A stretch of 63,021 nucleotides of DNA, counting the filler, from Chiloscyllium plagiosum (taxonomy: Eukaryota), in assembly GCF_004010195.1 (NCBI RefSeq). It is 4 parts of one record of this genome, joined end to end, with 100 filler letters (N's around TTAATTAATTAA, not from the genome) between each part and the next. Parts side by side here need not be neighbours in the genome. Positions count along the whole stretch, not along the records: positions 26,885 to 53,968 come from NC_057711.1; positions 54,069 to 59,412 come from NC_057711.1; positions 59,513 to 63,021 come from NC_057711.1; 1 more part is not named here. One strand, 5' to 3'. The position numbers and the translations under genes were made by a program. The notes under the pieces are model-generated. The model saw nothing but the letters and a program-made list of their open reading frames with translations, was not told the DNA's origin and ran no database searches. Numbering within the stretch: the first letter of the stretch is position 1; the number at the start of each line of letters is the position of its first letter. This document shows positions 49,874 through 63,021 of this stretch, piece after piece.

Positions 49874-49995
49874 AGTCCTGAAGAAGGGTTACACCCAAAA
49901 GGATGACTTCTCCACATCCTGATGTTGCCTGGCTTGCTGCGTTCTTCCAGCCTCCTACTTGTCTACTTTGGATTACAACATCTGCAGTTGTTTGT
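49874..49995 (+). mobile_element. PLE pseudo-LTR fragment with degenerate hammerhead (family D)
   Basis: agtc-CTGAAGA-a-GGGT-tac-ACCC-aaaa-ggat-gact (stem I agtc/gact), followed by a pLTR-like gatgttgcctggcttgctg...acatctgcagtt. Confidence 0.55.
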
Positions 49996-49999
49996 TTCA

Positions 50000-51320
50000 A
50001 AATTTTTCTTGCCAAAATAGATAAACTCACCTTTGCCAATGTTATATTCCATTTGCCACATTGTTGGCCACTCATTTAACCTATCACATATTTTCATTGT
50101 GTCCTCTTCAAAACTTACTTTCATATCTTCAAAGTCTCAGCAAATTTGGCAATGAGACCTTCATCTCTTTATCTATGTCATTTATATAAAATGCAAATAG
50201 TAGAGGTCCCAAAATCAAGCCCTGTGGCATATAACTTGGTACATCTTTCCAACTTGAATAAACCTACTTATGCTTACTCTTTGCTTCTTATTAGCTAGCC
50301 AATCTTCAATAGAAAGTAGGAACACTAGGCCAATCAGCCCCTGAAGTCTGTTCTACCACTGATTAGATCCTGGCTGATCTGTGACCTAACACCTTATACC
50401 TGCCTTTGACCCTTATTACCTTTGCTTGAGAAAACAAAATCTGCCTCAGAATGAAAATTTACAACGGATCCAGCATCAATTGCTGTTTGTGAAGAAGAGT
50501 TCCAAACTTCTGCTATCCTTTCCATAGCAATATGTTATCCTGCATACTATGAGTACTTATCTTCCAAAATATTCTTTGATTTGGCACCTTATTAAATGTC
50601 TTCTATAAATCTAAGTACATCACTTCCACTGGTCCCCTTTATCCACAGCTCGTGTTATCTCCTCAAAAACCTCCAACAGATTAATCAAAGTTTCCCTATC
50701 AGAAAGCCATGTTTATTCTCTGTTCTATCTGATTTGCTTGAAGACATCCAATTGTTCTGCTATAAAATCTTTAATAACAGGTTCTAATACATTCCCAACA
50801 CAGATATTAAACTAATTAGTTTGTAGAATCCCACTTACTGTCTCCAACATTTTGAATGGGAGAGTTGCATTCACTATCTTCCAGTCTATAATAAGGGAGT
50901 TTTGGAAAATCAAAGCCAATGCATCAATCAACGTACCAGCCCCTTCTTTTCAAACCCTGGATTGAAATCTGCAAGAATTCTTAGTATTTCATTTTGTATT
51001 TCTAGCTAACTTTCTCTTGCACTCTTTTTTTCCACCTCACCTTCTAGTCAATCTTTTTCGTTATATATTCCATTCGATGTGTGTCGTACTACCTATCATT
51101 ATGCAATTATTTACTTTTTATATTGACCTTGGTACTATCTTTAAGCTTTTTGGTGAACCTTCTCTGAACTGCCTCCAGGGAAACAATACCTTTCCTTAAA
51201 TAAAGAGACCAAAACTGATCAAGTATTCTGGATGTGGTCTCACCAGCACCAAAAACAGTTGCAGTAAGACTCACTTCCTTTAATACTCCAATGCACTTGA
51301 AATAAGGACCAATAGTCTAT
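50000..51320 (-). mobile_element. Ancient CR1-like fragments
   Basis: Degenerate CR1 RT-region sequence (tcagcaaatttggc, tcatttatataaa, ccctgtggca). Confidence 0.45.
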
Positions 51321-52076
51321 AGCACCTTGCATCTGGGGAAGCCTGTTACGTTGGTAAAACCCACTGTCAAAGCTTCAGCACTAACCTCGTCATGGGGAAA
51401 TGAGATGAAGTAGTATGATTTCTCAGAAATTGCATTGGTAACAACCTTGATGCATTTGTGCAACAAGGGTTATTAAATTTAGCCCAGGTCCCCAAAATGG
51501 ATCCTTGGAAGCACCCATTTTATACAGGTCACCTTAATGGCTATGCACTCCTTCAGGTTACAAGTCCTATTCTAGTAGTTGTCAAGGTTCTGTGATCCTA
51601 TCCTGGGATGTCCTTAGTCTGCAATGCCTTGCTTATTCGGTATAAATGGCATTGAGGATGATAGACTCTGAATCTACTGTACTTCATCCTTTAGCTGCGA
51701 CTTCCTTGTGTGGAGGCTTTTTGACAGCAGCTGGAGTTTAGTTTTGGTCTTGGATTTGCTGGCTATTCTTCCTCCATTTCTCTATACTTTTGCAACAGCA
51801 ACAATGAGCCCTTCTGTGACTTACAGGGGATATCAACAATGGCTCAGTTCTTTGGTGAGCAGTCAGCATTCACATTGTTCACAAATGACGGTTTCGCGTA
51901 ATCCTCCATACAGTGGGACATAGAGGACTCTGACAAGGAGGGCTTTGGAATGTTTCTAAATGGACCTTTGGCATAGGGACATTATTCTGATGAATGCAGC
52001 ACAAGCCATTACTTGCAAACACAGGAGAAGAGTAAGTCCTGTATGATTACTAATATCTTGTCCCCACTACCCCCAT

Positions 52077-53968
52077 ATAGAGTCATAGAGATGTAGAGCA
52101 TGGAAACGGACCCTTCGGTCCAACCCGTCCATGCCAACCATATATCTCAACCCAACCTAGTCACACCTGCCAGCACCCGGCCCATATCCTTCCAAACCCT
52201 TCCTATTCATATACCCATCCAAATGCCTTTTAAATGTTGCAATTGTACCAGCCTCCACCACTTCCTCTGGCAGCTCATTCCATACATGTACCACCCTCTG
52301 TGTGAAAAAGTTGCCCTTTAGGTCTCTTTTATATCATTCCCCTCTCACCCTAAACCTATGCCCTCTAGTTCTGGATTCCTGACCCCAGGGAAAAGACTTT
52401 GTCTATTTATCCTATCCATGCCCTTCATAATTTTGTAAATGTCTATAAGGTCACCCCTCAACCTTCGACGCTTCAGGGAAAACAGCCCCAACCTGTTCAG
52501 CTTCTCCATTTAGCTCAAATCCTCCAACCCTGGCAACATTCTTATTAATCTTTTCTTTACCCTTTCACAACATCTTTCCGATTGGAAGGAGACCAGAATT
52601 CCACACAATATTCCTACAGTGTATCCCCAATGTCCTGTACAGCTGCAACATGACCTCCCAACTCCTGTACTCAATACTCTGATCAATAAAGGAAAGCATA
52701 TCAAACACCTTCTTCACTATCCTATCTACCTGCAACTCCACTTTCAAGGAGCTATGAACCTGCACTCCAAGGTCTCTTTATTCAGCAACACTCCTTAGGA
52801 CCTTACCATTAAGTGTATAAGTCCTGCTAAGATTTGCTTTCCCAAAATGCAGCACCTCACATTTATCTAATTAAAACTCCATCTGCCACTTCTCAGTCCA
52901 TTGGCCCATCTGGTTCAGATCCTATTGTAATCTGAGGTAACCTTCTTTGCTGTCCACTACACCTCCAATGTTGGTGTCATCTGCAAACTTACTAACTGTA
53001 CCTCTTATGCTCACATCCAAAACATTTATGTAAATGACAAAAAGTAGTGGACCCAGGACTGATCCTTGTGGCACGCCACTGATCACAGGCCTCCAGTCTG
53101 AAAAACAACTCTCCACCACCACCCTCTGTCTTCTACCTTTGACCCAGTTGTGTATCCAAATGTCTAGTTCTACCTGTATTCCGTGAGATCTAACCTTGCT
53201 AATCAGTCTCCCATGGGGAACCTTGTCAAGCGCCTTACTGAAGTCCATATAGATCACATCTACTGCTCTGCCCTCATCAATCCTCTTGATTACTTCTTCA
53301 AAAAACTCAATCGAGTTTGTGAGACATGATTTCCCACACACAAAGCCATGTTGACGATTCCTAATCATTCCTTGCCTTTCCAAATACATGTATATCCTGT
53401 CCCTCAGGATTCCCTCCAACCACCAAGGTCAGGCTCACCGGTCTATAATTCCCTGGCTTGTCTTTTCCACCCTTCTTAAACAGTGGCACCATATTAGCCA
53501 AACTCCAGTCTTCCAGCACCTCACCTGTGACTATCGATGATACAAATATCTCAGCAAGAGGCCCAGCAATCACTTCTCTAGCTTCTCACAGAGTTCTAGG
53601 ATACACCTGATTAGGTCCTGGGGATTTATCCACTTTTATGCATTTCAAGACATCCATCACTTCCTCCTCTGTAATATGGACATTTTGCAAGATGTCACCA
53701 TCTATTTCCCTACAGTCTATATCTTCCATATCCTTTTCCACAGTAAATACTGATGCAAAGTACTTGTTTAGTATCTCCCCCATCTCTTGTGGCTACATAC
53801 AAAGGCCGCCTTGCTGATCTTTGAGGGGCCCTCTTCTCTCCGTAGTTACCCTTTAGTCCTTGATGTATTTGTAAAAACTCTTTGGATTCTCCTTAATTCT
53901 ATTTGCCAAAGCTATCTCATGTCCCCTTTTTGCCCTCCTGATTTCCCTCTTAAGTATACTCCTACTTC
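52077..53968 (-). mobile_element. CR1 LINE ORF2 3' half and tail
   Basis: QHGFVCGKSCLTN, MDFSKALDKVP, GVPQGSVLGP, FADDT; (actctat) tail. Confidence 0.9.
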
Positions 53969-54068
53969 NNNNNNNNNNNNNNNNNNNNNNNNNNNNNNNN
54001 NNNNNNNNNNNNTTAATTAATTAANNNNNNNNNNNNNNNNNNNNNNNNNNNNNNNNNNNNNNNNNNNN
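53969..54068. other. Assembly gap linker
   Basis: 44 N + TTAATTAATTAA + 44 N. Confidence 0.97.
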
Positions 54069-55400
54069 TGTGAGGTGCTGCATTTTGGGAAAGCAAATCT
54101 TAGCAGGACTTTTACACCTTAATGGTAAGGTCCTGAGGAGTGTTGCTGAACAGGTAGACCTTGGAGTGCAGGTTCATAGCTCCTTGAAAGTAGAGTCACT
54201 GGTAGATACCATAGTGAAGAAGGCATTTGATATGCTTTCCTTTATTGGTCAGAGCATTGAGTACAAGAGTTGGGAGATCATGTTGTGGCTGTACAGGACT
54301 TTGGTTAGGCATACATTTTGAAATATTGCGTGCAATTCTGGTCTCCTTCCTATTGGAAGAATTTTTTGAAACTTGAAAGGGTTCTGAAAAGATAACAAGG
54401 ATATTGCCCGGGTTGGAGGATTTGAGCTATAAGGAGAGGTTGAATAGGCTGGGGCTGTTTTCTCTGGAGTGTCAGAGGCTGAGGAATGACCTTATAGAGG
54501 TTTATAAAATCTTGAAGGGTATTGATAGGATAAATTTCCCTGGGGTGGGGGAGTTCAGAACTCCAGGGCATATGTTTAGGGTGAGAGGGGAAAGATATAA
54601 AAGAGGCCTAAGGGGCAACTTTTTCATGCAGAGGGTGGTATATGTATGGAATGAGTTGCCAGAGGAAGTGGTGGAGGCTCGTACAATTGCAACATTTAAA
54701 AGACATCTGGATAGGTATATGAATAGGAAGTGTTTGGAGGGATATGGGCTGGATGCTGGCAAGTGGGACTAGATTTTTTCAATTCATATGAAACAAATGA
54801 GAAGTAAAAGTAGAAATTGGACTGTTCCAAATTGATGCTGGAAGGCTAGTTCTGGGCGATAAGGAAATAGCTGAAGAACTTTAGTACTTTCTGTCAGTCT
54901 TCACAGTGGAAGATAACACTCTCCCAACAATTAAGGAGAGTCAGGGGCAGAGTTAAGTATGGTAGCGATTACAAAAGAGAAAATGCTAGAAAAGCTAAAA
55001 GGTCTAAAATTCGATTAAATCCTGATGGGCTACATTCTAGAGTTCTGAGGGACGTGGCTGAGGAGCCGCTGACTGTGATATTTCAAAAATCACTGGAGTC
55101 AGGGAAAGTTCCGCTGGTTGGAAAATTACTGTTGTAACCCCTTGTTCAAGAAGGGATCAAGGCAAAAGATGGAAAATTATAGGCCGACTAGCCTAACCTC
55201 GGTTGAAGGTAAAATTCTTGAATCCATCGTCAAGGATGAAATTTCTAAATTTTTGCAATTGCAGGGTCGGATTAGAACAAGTCATCGTGGATTTAGTAAG
55301 GGGAGGTTGTGCCTGACAAACCTGTTAGAATTCTTTGAAGAGGTAGCATGGGTGAGTTGGACCGAAGAGTCTGTTCCGTGCTGTACATCTCTATGACTCA
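54069..55400 (+). mobile_element. Adjacent CR1 fragments of two subfamilies
   Basis: 54069-54772 ORF2 C-terminus (LGLFSLE...WNELPEEVV); ~54790-55345 RT start (ENYRPTSLTS); 55346-55400 3' tail. Confidence 0.8.
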
Positions 55401-55737
55401 ATAGTAGACATGATTCCCTCTTAACATTAAGACTGTTGACCTACAGGTGCATGCTATACTTGTTGGCAAAACAGTCATCAGGTTTATGTAATGGACAGAA
55501 TGTAGAGGATGGTAATTAGGAAAGGGCTGGGCAGACATAGTCTTTGGCACTTTAGAGGGCAGTCATAATTGGCCTGACTTTGTTTACTTAATAATTAGAC
55601 TTTGTGTCCATAGCTGGCTCACCTATGAATCCTATGCAGCTAAACTGGCTTCACAAAGAACTGTATAAATATGCCACAACATCTTTAAAAATGAAAAAAA
55701 TCATTGTGCAATGTGACCTTTACATGAATCTAGAAAG

Positions 55738-55788
55738 GAGAAAGTGAGGTCTGCAGATGCTGGAGATCAAAGTTGAATCAAAGATCAA
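55738..55788 (-). mobile_element. 51-bp PLE pseudo-LTR terminal fragment with 16-bp TSD
   Basis: TSD acatgaatctagaaag at 55722-55737 and 55789-55804; insert reads (minus) ...gatctccagcatctgcagacctcactttctc. Confidence 0.75.
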
Positions 55789-55932
55789 ACATGAATCTAG
55801 AAAGACCATGGGAGAATTACTAGAGAATATAAAGATGATTTGCTTCCATGAACAGACTAATATCTTATGTGACTTGTTTACATGTTCTATATTAAGTGCA
55901 TTGTAAATGTATAGTTTCTCTTTATTTGCAAG

Positions 55933-56041
55933 GTCTTTATTACTTGCTGAGATTGAAAAGGAAGAGAAGGAAAAGGATTGGTACTATGCACAACTTCAAA
56001 ATCTCACCAAGCGGATTGATAATCTCCCTCTCACAGAAAAT
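55933..56041 (+). CDS. APC: Internal exon of adenomatous polyposis coli (109 bp)
   Basis: tttgcaag acceptor, gtaagt donor. Encodes (R)SLLLAEIEKEEKEKDWYYAQLQNLTKRIDNLPLTEN, near-identical to APC RSLLLADLDKEEKEKDWYYAQLQNLTKRIDSLPLTEN and closer to APC than APC2. Confidence 0.93.
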
Positions 56042-58057
56042 GTAAGTTAAGTAGAATTTCTGCTGATTTGTTTCCACAGTTATTGTATCGAATTATTTTG
56101 TAAAATTCCTCTGTTGTTAGCAAAATAATCTTACCTGTAATTTTTCACATTGTTAGTTTTATGGGATGTGGACTTCACTGGCAATGGCCCCATTTCTTGT
56201 TGAACCTAATTATGCTGAAGGTGCTATTCAAATACCTCCTTCAACCACTGCAGTCTGCATAATGAAGCTATACCCATAGCGCTGTAATTTAGGGAGCTGC
56301 ATAATGTAGATTGAGCAACTGTGGCAGGTAAAATTTTAAGGAAAACCCAAACATGTTTTACCAATACGTTTTAATAGGAAGGAAACAGTAACTTTGTGTA
56401 GATACGCAAGATTTGGGCAGAGTTCTAAATGATTACCTTGTCTTTACAAAGGAGACATAGAGAGATGATGTAGGCCTTATAGTTAAGGAGAGAGATATAT
56501 TGCAGACAATAAGCATAAAGCAAAAAGGAGTAGTGGAGAGAATGACATCCAAAATCGCTAGGGCCAGATGAATTGTATGCCAAGTTGTTATTTTCACTGT
56601 GGGTTATAACAACAAGTGCTGAGGACCATTTTCCAATCCTCATTAGATACAAACATGGTTCTTGGTCATTGGATGTCTGCAAATACTGTATCATTGTTTA
56701 ATAAGAATGTGAGGGATAGGCTAAATAATTATAGGGCAATCAGTCTAACTTTAATAGTGGGAAAACTATTGAAATCACCACTTGGTTATGTTTGACCAAG
56801 GCTTTAATGAGATCTGGAACTGAGTGATTCCCTGAGAAGATATGAATATTGGTGAACAAGTTATCGGGGAGTCTGTGTTCTGATTGTTGTGTTGTTGATA
56901 CTCCATTTCTTTGATCAAGAATAGACTAATGGGCCTCTCCTTGGCCAGATTGAGTTTGTCTTGATAGTGAATTTTGAGAGGATTTGTCTTGATTTCACTT
57001 CCAAATGAATGCCAGTATTGCATGTCCACTGGAATGCCCTAGCTGGAAGAGAGGCCCGGTTCTTGAGCACAAGTATTGTTGATGGAGTCTGTAGGCTTTA
57101 ATTTGTCCAGTGTCTTTATTTCTGGATGTCTCATGGAATTTATTATATTGGTTAAAGAATGTCTTTGTTGATGATGAGAACATCATGTATGGATCATGTA
57201 CTAGATATCTTTCCTTTCAAACATGCAGTGCATCATCATTGAGCATCCAGGTTATGCATGGTGCCTTCTCCTCTTATCTAGTTGTCCACCACAGGACTAT
57301 AGAGCTTTACATTGATTCATAAGTTGTGGTATTGTGTTGCCCCACCAATTCCAAGCTACTTTCACTTTTGGTATGGAGGCGATTCTCTGGTTAGTGACTT
57401 TACCAGTTTCGGGTCTCATTTTTGTGTATACCTGGTGCTGCTCCTTACATACAGCTAACTCCTCATTGTTCAAGGGTTGATCTCCTTTTAAGGTAAAGGT
57501 ACGATTAAGGCTATGTATTACGAGGGAATGACAATTTGTGGTTGAATGTAATTAAGCTTCCCATAAACCCCATGAATGCTCCATTTTAAATTCCGAGATC
57601 TGTTCTAAATCTGTTCCATTGATATTGTCAAGCCACATGATGGAAGAAACTGTCTTCATGAAACATTATTCAACTTCATAAAAATTGGCTATTAGGACTG
57701 GTAAACGTTATTAGCTTGAACGTTTTTAAACATGGATGGTTGCAAGAGCAGAAATGTATAATTCTGATCATTTTAGTTTCTTACAATAACTCTAGATTAA
57801 ATTTACCAGGCATGAACAGCAAAGAGTGAAAAAAGGTAGCATTGGTGCATGAAGGCTTGGTCAAAGAGAGATTCTGAAGGGATTGTTGCATACAATATAT
57901 GGGCGGGTTTTACAGGCAGCATATTGAGTGAGAGTCTGCAATCACTTGAAGCTATTTTTGTTCAAAAAGTAAGGCTTTGGGATAGTGTTGTAGAACAAAG
58001 GGACCTGGGGGTTCAGGTACATAATTCTTTGAAATTTCTGTCAGATACAGATAGGGT

Positions 58058-59055
58058 TTGAAGGTTTGTGTAAAGATTTGTAGTTCAGGTGCCAGTTACC
58101 ATGGTTATGGGTTTGTTCGCCGAGCAGACGTTTTGTCTCCTGTCTTCAGTGCTTTGGAGCCTCTTATGAAGCATTGCGGTACAATGTGGTACTGGAATTT
58201 ATTTAGTTGCATTCCTGCTGCTGATTCCCATTGTTTGTTGTCGTGGCCGGTATATTGGGTCTAGGTCTATGTGTTTGTTCGAATCCATGGATAAGTAGCT
58301 GCCTCCAGGTGTTTTTCGGCTGTCTCTTATCAGCGGATCCAAACACTCGATACAGTCATCACAGGAATTCCGAGATAACATCAATAACGTAAATGTTGAC
58401 AAGGACGAAGCAATGGTCTCATTTGATGTAACGACACTGTTCATTTTCAGTTGACAAAACTCTAGCCAGAGAGACACATACCCAGCCTTCTGGACAGGCA
58501 GAACAGACAACACAATGGGGACCCTACCAACAAGGACTCCTACTCAAACTACTAGACCTGTGTTTGACGACACACTGCACATTCAAGAACCAAATATATG
58601 AATACATTAATGGGATACCTATGGGCTCACCCATCTCCGGGCTCAGAGCAGCAGTGATGCAAAGACTGGACCAAATTTCCTCCCATTAATCTAACCCAAA
58701 CTCTGTATCAGATATATGGATGACACTTTTGTAATTATTAAGAGAACAGAAATCGAGAAAACCCAACGGATTATCAACATCACGCTGATGGGTATCAGAT
58801 TTACGAGAGAGGAAGAAATCAACAATCAACTCCCATTCCTGGATGAGATGGTAGAAATAACACAATGGTGAATGGCCCACAGAAGTGTACAGAAAAATCA
58901 TATATACAGACCAGATCCTGAACAGCAACCACCCAAACACACACAAGAGAAGCTGCATTAGGACCCTGTTCAAAAGGGCTACAACACACTGCAGCACTCT
59001 TGATCTACAAAGAGAAGATGAACATCTCTACAGAGTCTTCTTCAAGAACGGATGT
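58058..59055. mobile_element. Decayed PLE family B: inverted 3' end (minus, ~58058-58330) joined to RT region (plus, ~58330-59055)
   Basis: Minus NKHIDLDPIYRP; plus MVSFDVTTLF, GIPMGSPISG, YMDDTF, QLPFLD, SNHP...KRSCIRTLFKRA. Confidence 0.8.
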
Positions 59056-60140
59056 CAATAGACAATAGGTGCAGGAGTAGGCCATTCTGCCCTTCGAGCC
59101 TGCACCACCATTCAATATGCTCATGGCTGATCATCCTTAATCAGTATCCTGTTCCTGCCTTATCTCCATAACCCTTGATTCCACTATCCTTGAGAGCTCT
59201 ATCCAACTCTTTCTTAAATGAATCCAGAGACTGGGCCTCCACTGCCCACTCGGGCAGAGCATTCCACACAGCCACCACTCTCTGGGTGAACAAGTTTCTC
59301 CTCATCTCTGTCCTAAATGATCTACCCCGTATTTTTAAGCTGTGTCCTCTGGTTCAGCACTCACCCATCAGCGGAAACATGTTTCCTGCCTCCAGAATGT
59401 CCAATCCTTTAANNNNNNNNNNNNNNNNNNNNNNNNNNNNNNNNNNNNNNNNNNNNTTAATTAATTAANNNNNNNNNNNNNNNNNNNNNNNNNNNNNNNN
59501 NNNNNNNNNNNNCTGTGCTTCAATTTCCTGCCTAGTGCTTCATAATGCCCAAACAGGTCCTCCACCCTAGTCTTGCCTATGTTGTTGGTACCAACGTGGA
59601 CCACAACAACTGGATCCTCCCCCTCCCGCTCCAATATCCTTTCAAGCCGGTCGGACATGTCCTGCACCCTGGCACCGGGCAGGCAACACACCATGCGAGA
59701 CTCCCGATCCGGGCTGCAAAGGATACTATCTGTCCCCCTAATTATAGAATCCCCTATAACAACTACTTGTCTTTTTGCTCCCCCCTCTTGAATGGCCTTC
59801 TGGACCATGATGCCATGGTCAGCTGGCTCATCCAGTCCAGAGCCCTTTTCCTCATCCGTACAGGGAGCAAGAATCTCATACCTGTTGGACAAGGTCAAGG
59901 GCTGAGGCTCCTGCACTCCTGAACTCAAGTTCCCCCTACCTATCTCACTTACAGTGACACTCTGATGTCCCTGATCACTAACTGAATGTGAATTACTTAA
60001 TCTCCCAGGTGTGACTGCCTCCTGAAACAAAGCGTCCAGGTAACTTTCCCCCTCCCGGATGTGCCGCAGTGTTTGAAGCTCAGGTTCCAGATCATCAACT
60101 CTGATCCGGAGTTCTTCCAGCACCCAACACTTGCTGCAGG
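59056..60140 (-). mobile_element. CR1 LINE probably spanning the third gap: ORF1 SGNH/GDSL esterase (59513-60140) and 3' end (59056-59412)
   Basis: ORF1 VVVIGDSIIRG...CCLPGARVQD...VVVHVGTNNIG; CR1 3' end with (ctattgt) tail on the other side, in the same orientation. Confidence 0.8.
59413..59512. other. Assembly gap linker
   Basis: 44 N + TTAATTAATTAA + 44 N. Confidence 0.97.
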
Positions 60141-60904
60141 TACACAGGAAATTTGACTTTCATTTAGAATGTCAGTAATTGTGTTGATGGCATCTTTAAT
60201 ATCATTAATGCGGCTAACCATTTACGATAGTGCAATTATTGATGTTCATGTTCTTTTGATTTGCTTTTAGTAAAATTCTATTGATTTAAAAATCTTGCGG
60301 CTTCATTTTAAAAAAAAATAGATACTTAAAATATAAACGTGTTGCTGGTCTCTACCAAGGATTATAACTGAATAAAGAGACAAAGACGACTCAGGAATTA
60401 GTGACATGGTGATGCCACTTTGGATCTTAAAGATTTGAAGATTATGAAGTAGATTTTCATTTTAGCCCTGGACTCTGCCTGTCAAAGTGCCTGCAAGCTC
60501 ACAAGATGAGGATTGACGTCAGAATGAATGGCCTCCATTTCTGGTGTGCAATCCTCTAATTTCATTCCTTTGCCTGTGTTGCATCCAGTTGATACCTGAT
60601 GAGCAGACATCAGGCATTCAAACCAAAACAAAAACTTGAATGTTGAGGAAAAGGATAAAAATAAGCTAGAATTTCAGAACAGGATGAAGTGAGGAAATAG
60701 ATTCGATGGATGCCTGTTTAGCAGTAAGAAGAAGTAAATACAGACTTTTTAAAGAGTCCATAGAAGTATTGGTAAGGAGGAAAGAGGAGCTTTCATTTAC
60801 AAATCACCTTTCATAATCTGAAAATGTCCTAAAGTGCTTCACAGCGAATGTAGTGCTGTTGTCAACCAAGCACTGGAACGTAAGCAAACATGGTTCATTA
60901 TTAC

Positions 60905-61028
60905 AAATCACACAACACCAGGTTATAGTCCAACAGGTTTAATTGGAAGCACAGACTTTCGGAGAGTGCCGCTCCTTCATCAGGTGGTTGTGGAGGGCAC
61001 AATTGTAAGACACAGAATTTATAGCAAA
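60905..61028 (-). mobile_element. PLE pseudo-LTR fragment, family C, with hammerhead motif
   Basis: Minus cac-CTGATGA-a-GGAG cggcact CTCC-GAAA-gtct-gtg (60950-60986); homologous to 27782-27910. Confidence 0.6.
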
Positions 61029-63021
61029 CCCATACAAATACCTTTTAAATGTTGCAACTGTACCAGCCTCCACCACTTCCTCTGGCAGCTCATTCCATAC
61101 ATGTACCACCCTCTGTGTGAAAATGTTGCCCCTTAGGTCTCTTTTATATCTTTCCCCTCTCATCCTAAACCTATGCCCTCTAGTTCTGCACTCCCCCACC
61201 CCAGGGAAAAGACTTTGTCTATTTATCACATCCATGCCCCTCATAATTTGGTAAACCTCTATAAGGTCACCCCTCGGCCTCTGACACTCCAGGGAAAACA
61301 GCCCCAGCCTGTTCAGCCTCTCCCTATAGCTCATACACTCCAACCCTGGCAACATCCTTGTAAATCTTTTCTGAACCCTTTCAAGTTTCACAACATCCTT
61401 CCGATAGGAAGGAGACCAGAATTGCATGCAATATTCCAACAGTGGCCTAACCAATGTCCTGTACAGCTGCAACATGACCTCCCAACTCCTGTACTCAATA
61501 CTCTGACCAATAAAGGAAAGCATACCAAACGCCTTCTTCACTATCCTATCTACCTGCGACTCCACTTTCAAGGAGCTGCGAACCTGCACTCCAAGGTCTA
61601 TTTGATCAGCAATATTCCCTAGGACCTTATCACTAAGTGTATAAGTCCTGCTAAGATTTGCTTTCCCAAAATGCAACACCTTGCATTTATCTGAATGGAA
61701 CTCATCTGCCACTTCTCGGCTCATTGGCCCATCTGATCCAGATCCTATTGTAATCTGAGGTAACCTTCTTCGCTGTCCACTACACCTACAATTTTGGTGT
61801 CACCTGCAAAGTTACTAACTGTACCACTTATGCTCGCATCCAAATCATTTATATAAATGATGAAAAGTAGAGGACCCAGCACCAATCCTTGTGGCACTCC
61901 ACTGGTCACAGGCCTCCAGTCTGAAAAACAACCCTCCACCACCACCCTCTGTCTTCGACCTTTGAGCCAGTTCTGTATCCAGATGGCTAGTTCTCCCTGT
62001 ATTCCATGAGATCTCCCATGGGGAACCTTGTTGAACGCCTTACTGAAGTCCATATAGATCACACCTACCACTCTGCCCTCATCAGTCTTCTTTGTTACTT
62101 CTTCAAAAAACTCAATCAAGTTAGTGAGACATGATTTCCCACACACAAAGCCATGTTGACTATCCCTAATCAGTCCTGGCCTTTCCAAATACATGTACAT
62201 CCTGTCCCTCAGGATTCCCTCCAACAACATGCCCACCACCGAGGTCAGACTCACTGGTCTATAGTTCCCTGGCTTGTCTTTACCACCCTTTTTAAAAAGT
62301 GGCACCACCATTAGCCAACCTCCAGCCTTCTGGCACCACTCCTGTGACGATCGATGATACAAATATCTCAGCAAGAGGCCCAGCAATCACTTCCTGAGCT
62401 TCCCACAGAGTTCTTGTGTATACCTGATCAGGTCCTGGGGATCTATTCACCTTTATGCGTTTCAAGACATCCAGCACATCCTCCTCTGTAATCTGGACAT
62501 TTTGCAAGATGTCACCATCTATTTCCCTACAGTCTATATCTTCCATTTACTTTTCCACAGTAAATACCAATGCAAAATATTCATTTAGTATCTCCCCCAT
62601 TTTCTGCTGCTCCACACAAAGGCCGCCTTGTTAATCTTTGAGGGGTCCTATTCTCTCCCTAGTTACCCTTTTGTCCTTAATGTATTTGTAAAATCCCTTT
62701 GGATTCTTCTTATTTCTATTTGCCAAAGCTATCTCATGTCCCATTTTGCCCTCCGGATTTCCCTCTTAAGTATACTCCTACTGTCTTTATACTCTTCTAA
62801 ATATTCACTCAATCTATCCTGTCTATACCTTACATATATTTCCTTCTTTTCTTAACCAAACCCTCAATTTCTTTGGTCATCCAGCATTCCCTATACCTAC
62901 CAGCCTTCCCTTTCACCCTAACAGGAATATACTTTCGCTGGATTCTCGTTATCTCATTTCTGAAGGCTTCCCATTTTCCAGCCGTCCCTTTACCTGCGAA
63001 CATCTGCCTCCAATCAGCTTT
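61029..63021 (-). mobile_element. CR1 LINE ORF2 (RT and C-terminus), running off the window
   Basis: NYRPVSLTS, QHGFVCGKSCLTNL, GVPQGLVLGP, LVRPLLEYCMQFWSP. Confidence 0.9.

Noticed and set aside
59461..60123. Stand-alone GDSL/SGNH esterase gene
   Set aside because: It is the known esterase domain of CR1 ORF1, collinear with a CR1 3' end across the gap.

Overview
This is eukaryotic genomic DNA, repeat-dense and intronic. The V-SINE/HE1-like, CR1/HER1-like and Penelope content suggests a cartilaginous fish, probably a shark (inference). It consists of four contigs joined by 100-bp N-TTAATTAATTAA-N linkers. Host coding sequence is limited to two minus-strand exons of an SLCO4C1-like OATP transporter (13663-13807, 4978-5173) and one plus-strand APC exon (55933-56041). 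The rest is mostly decayed CR1, L2, RTE, Penelope-like (PLE), V-SINE and Gypsy elements. Two things stand out. (1) The 3' LTR of a Gypsy element (30953-40789) is split at its TATA-like motif (ATAAACAGGAG) by a ~9.6-kb head-to-tail stack of eight A-tailed inserts: three Tx1-like retroposon 3' ends, one carrying a polyadenylated piece of another LTR, and five non-coding, hairpin-rich 1.45-1.83-kb units with identical 5' starts. This points to an LTR-promoter-targeting retroposon system with non-autonomous passengers and apparently polarised growth. (2) Several PLE pseudo-LTR families carry minimal hammerhead-ribozyme motifs and occur as short fold-back insertions with 12-16-bp target-site duplications. 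All calls were made by eye; coordinates of decayed repeats are approximate.
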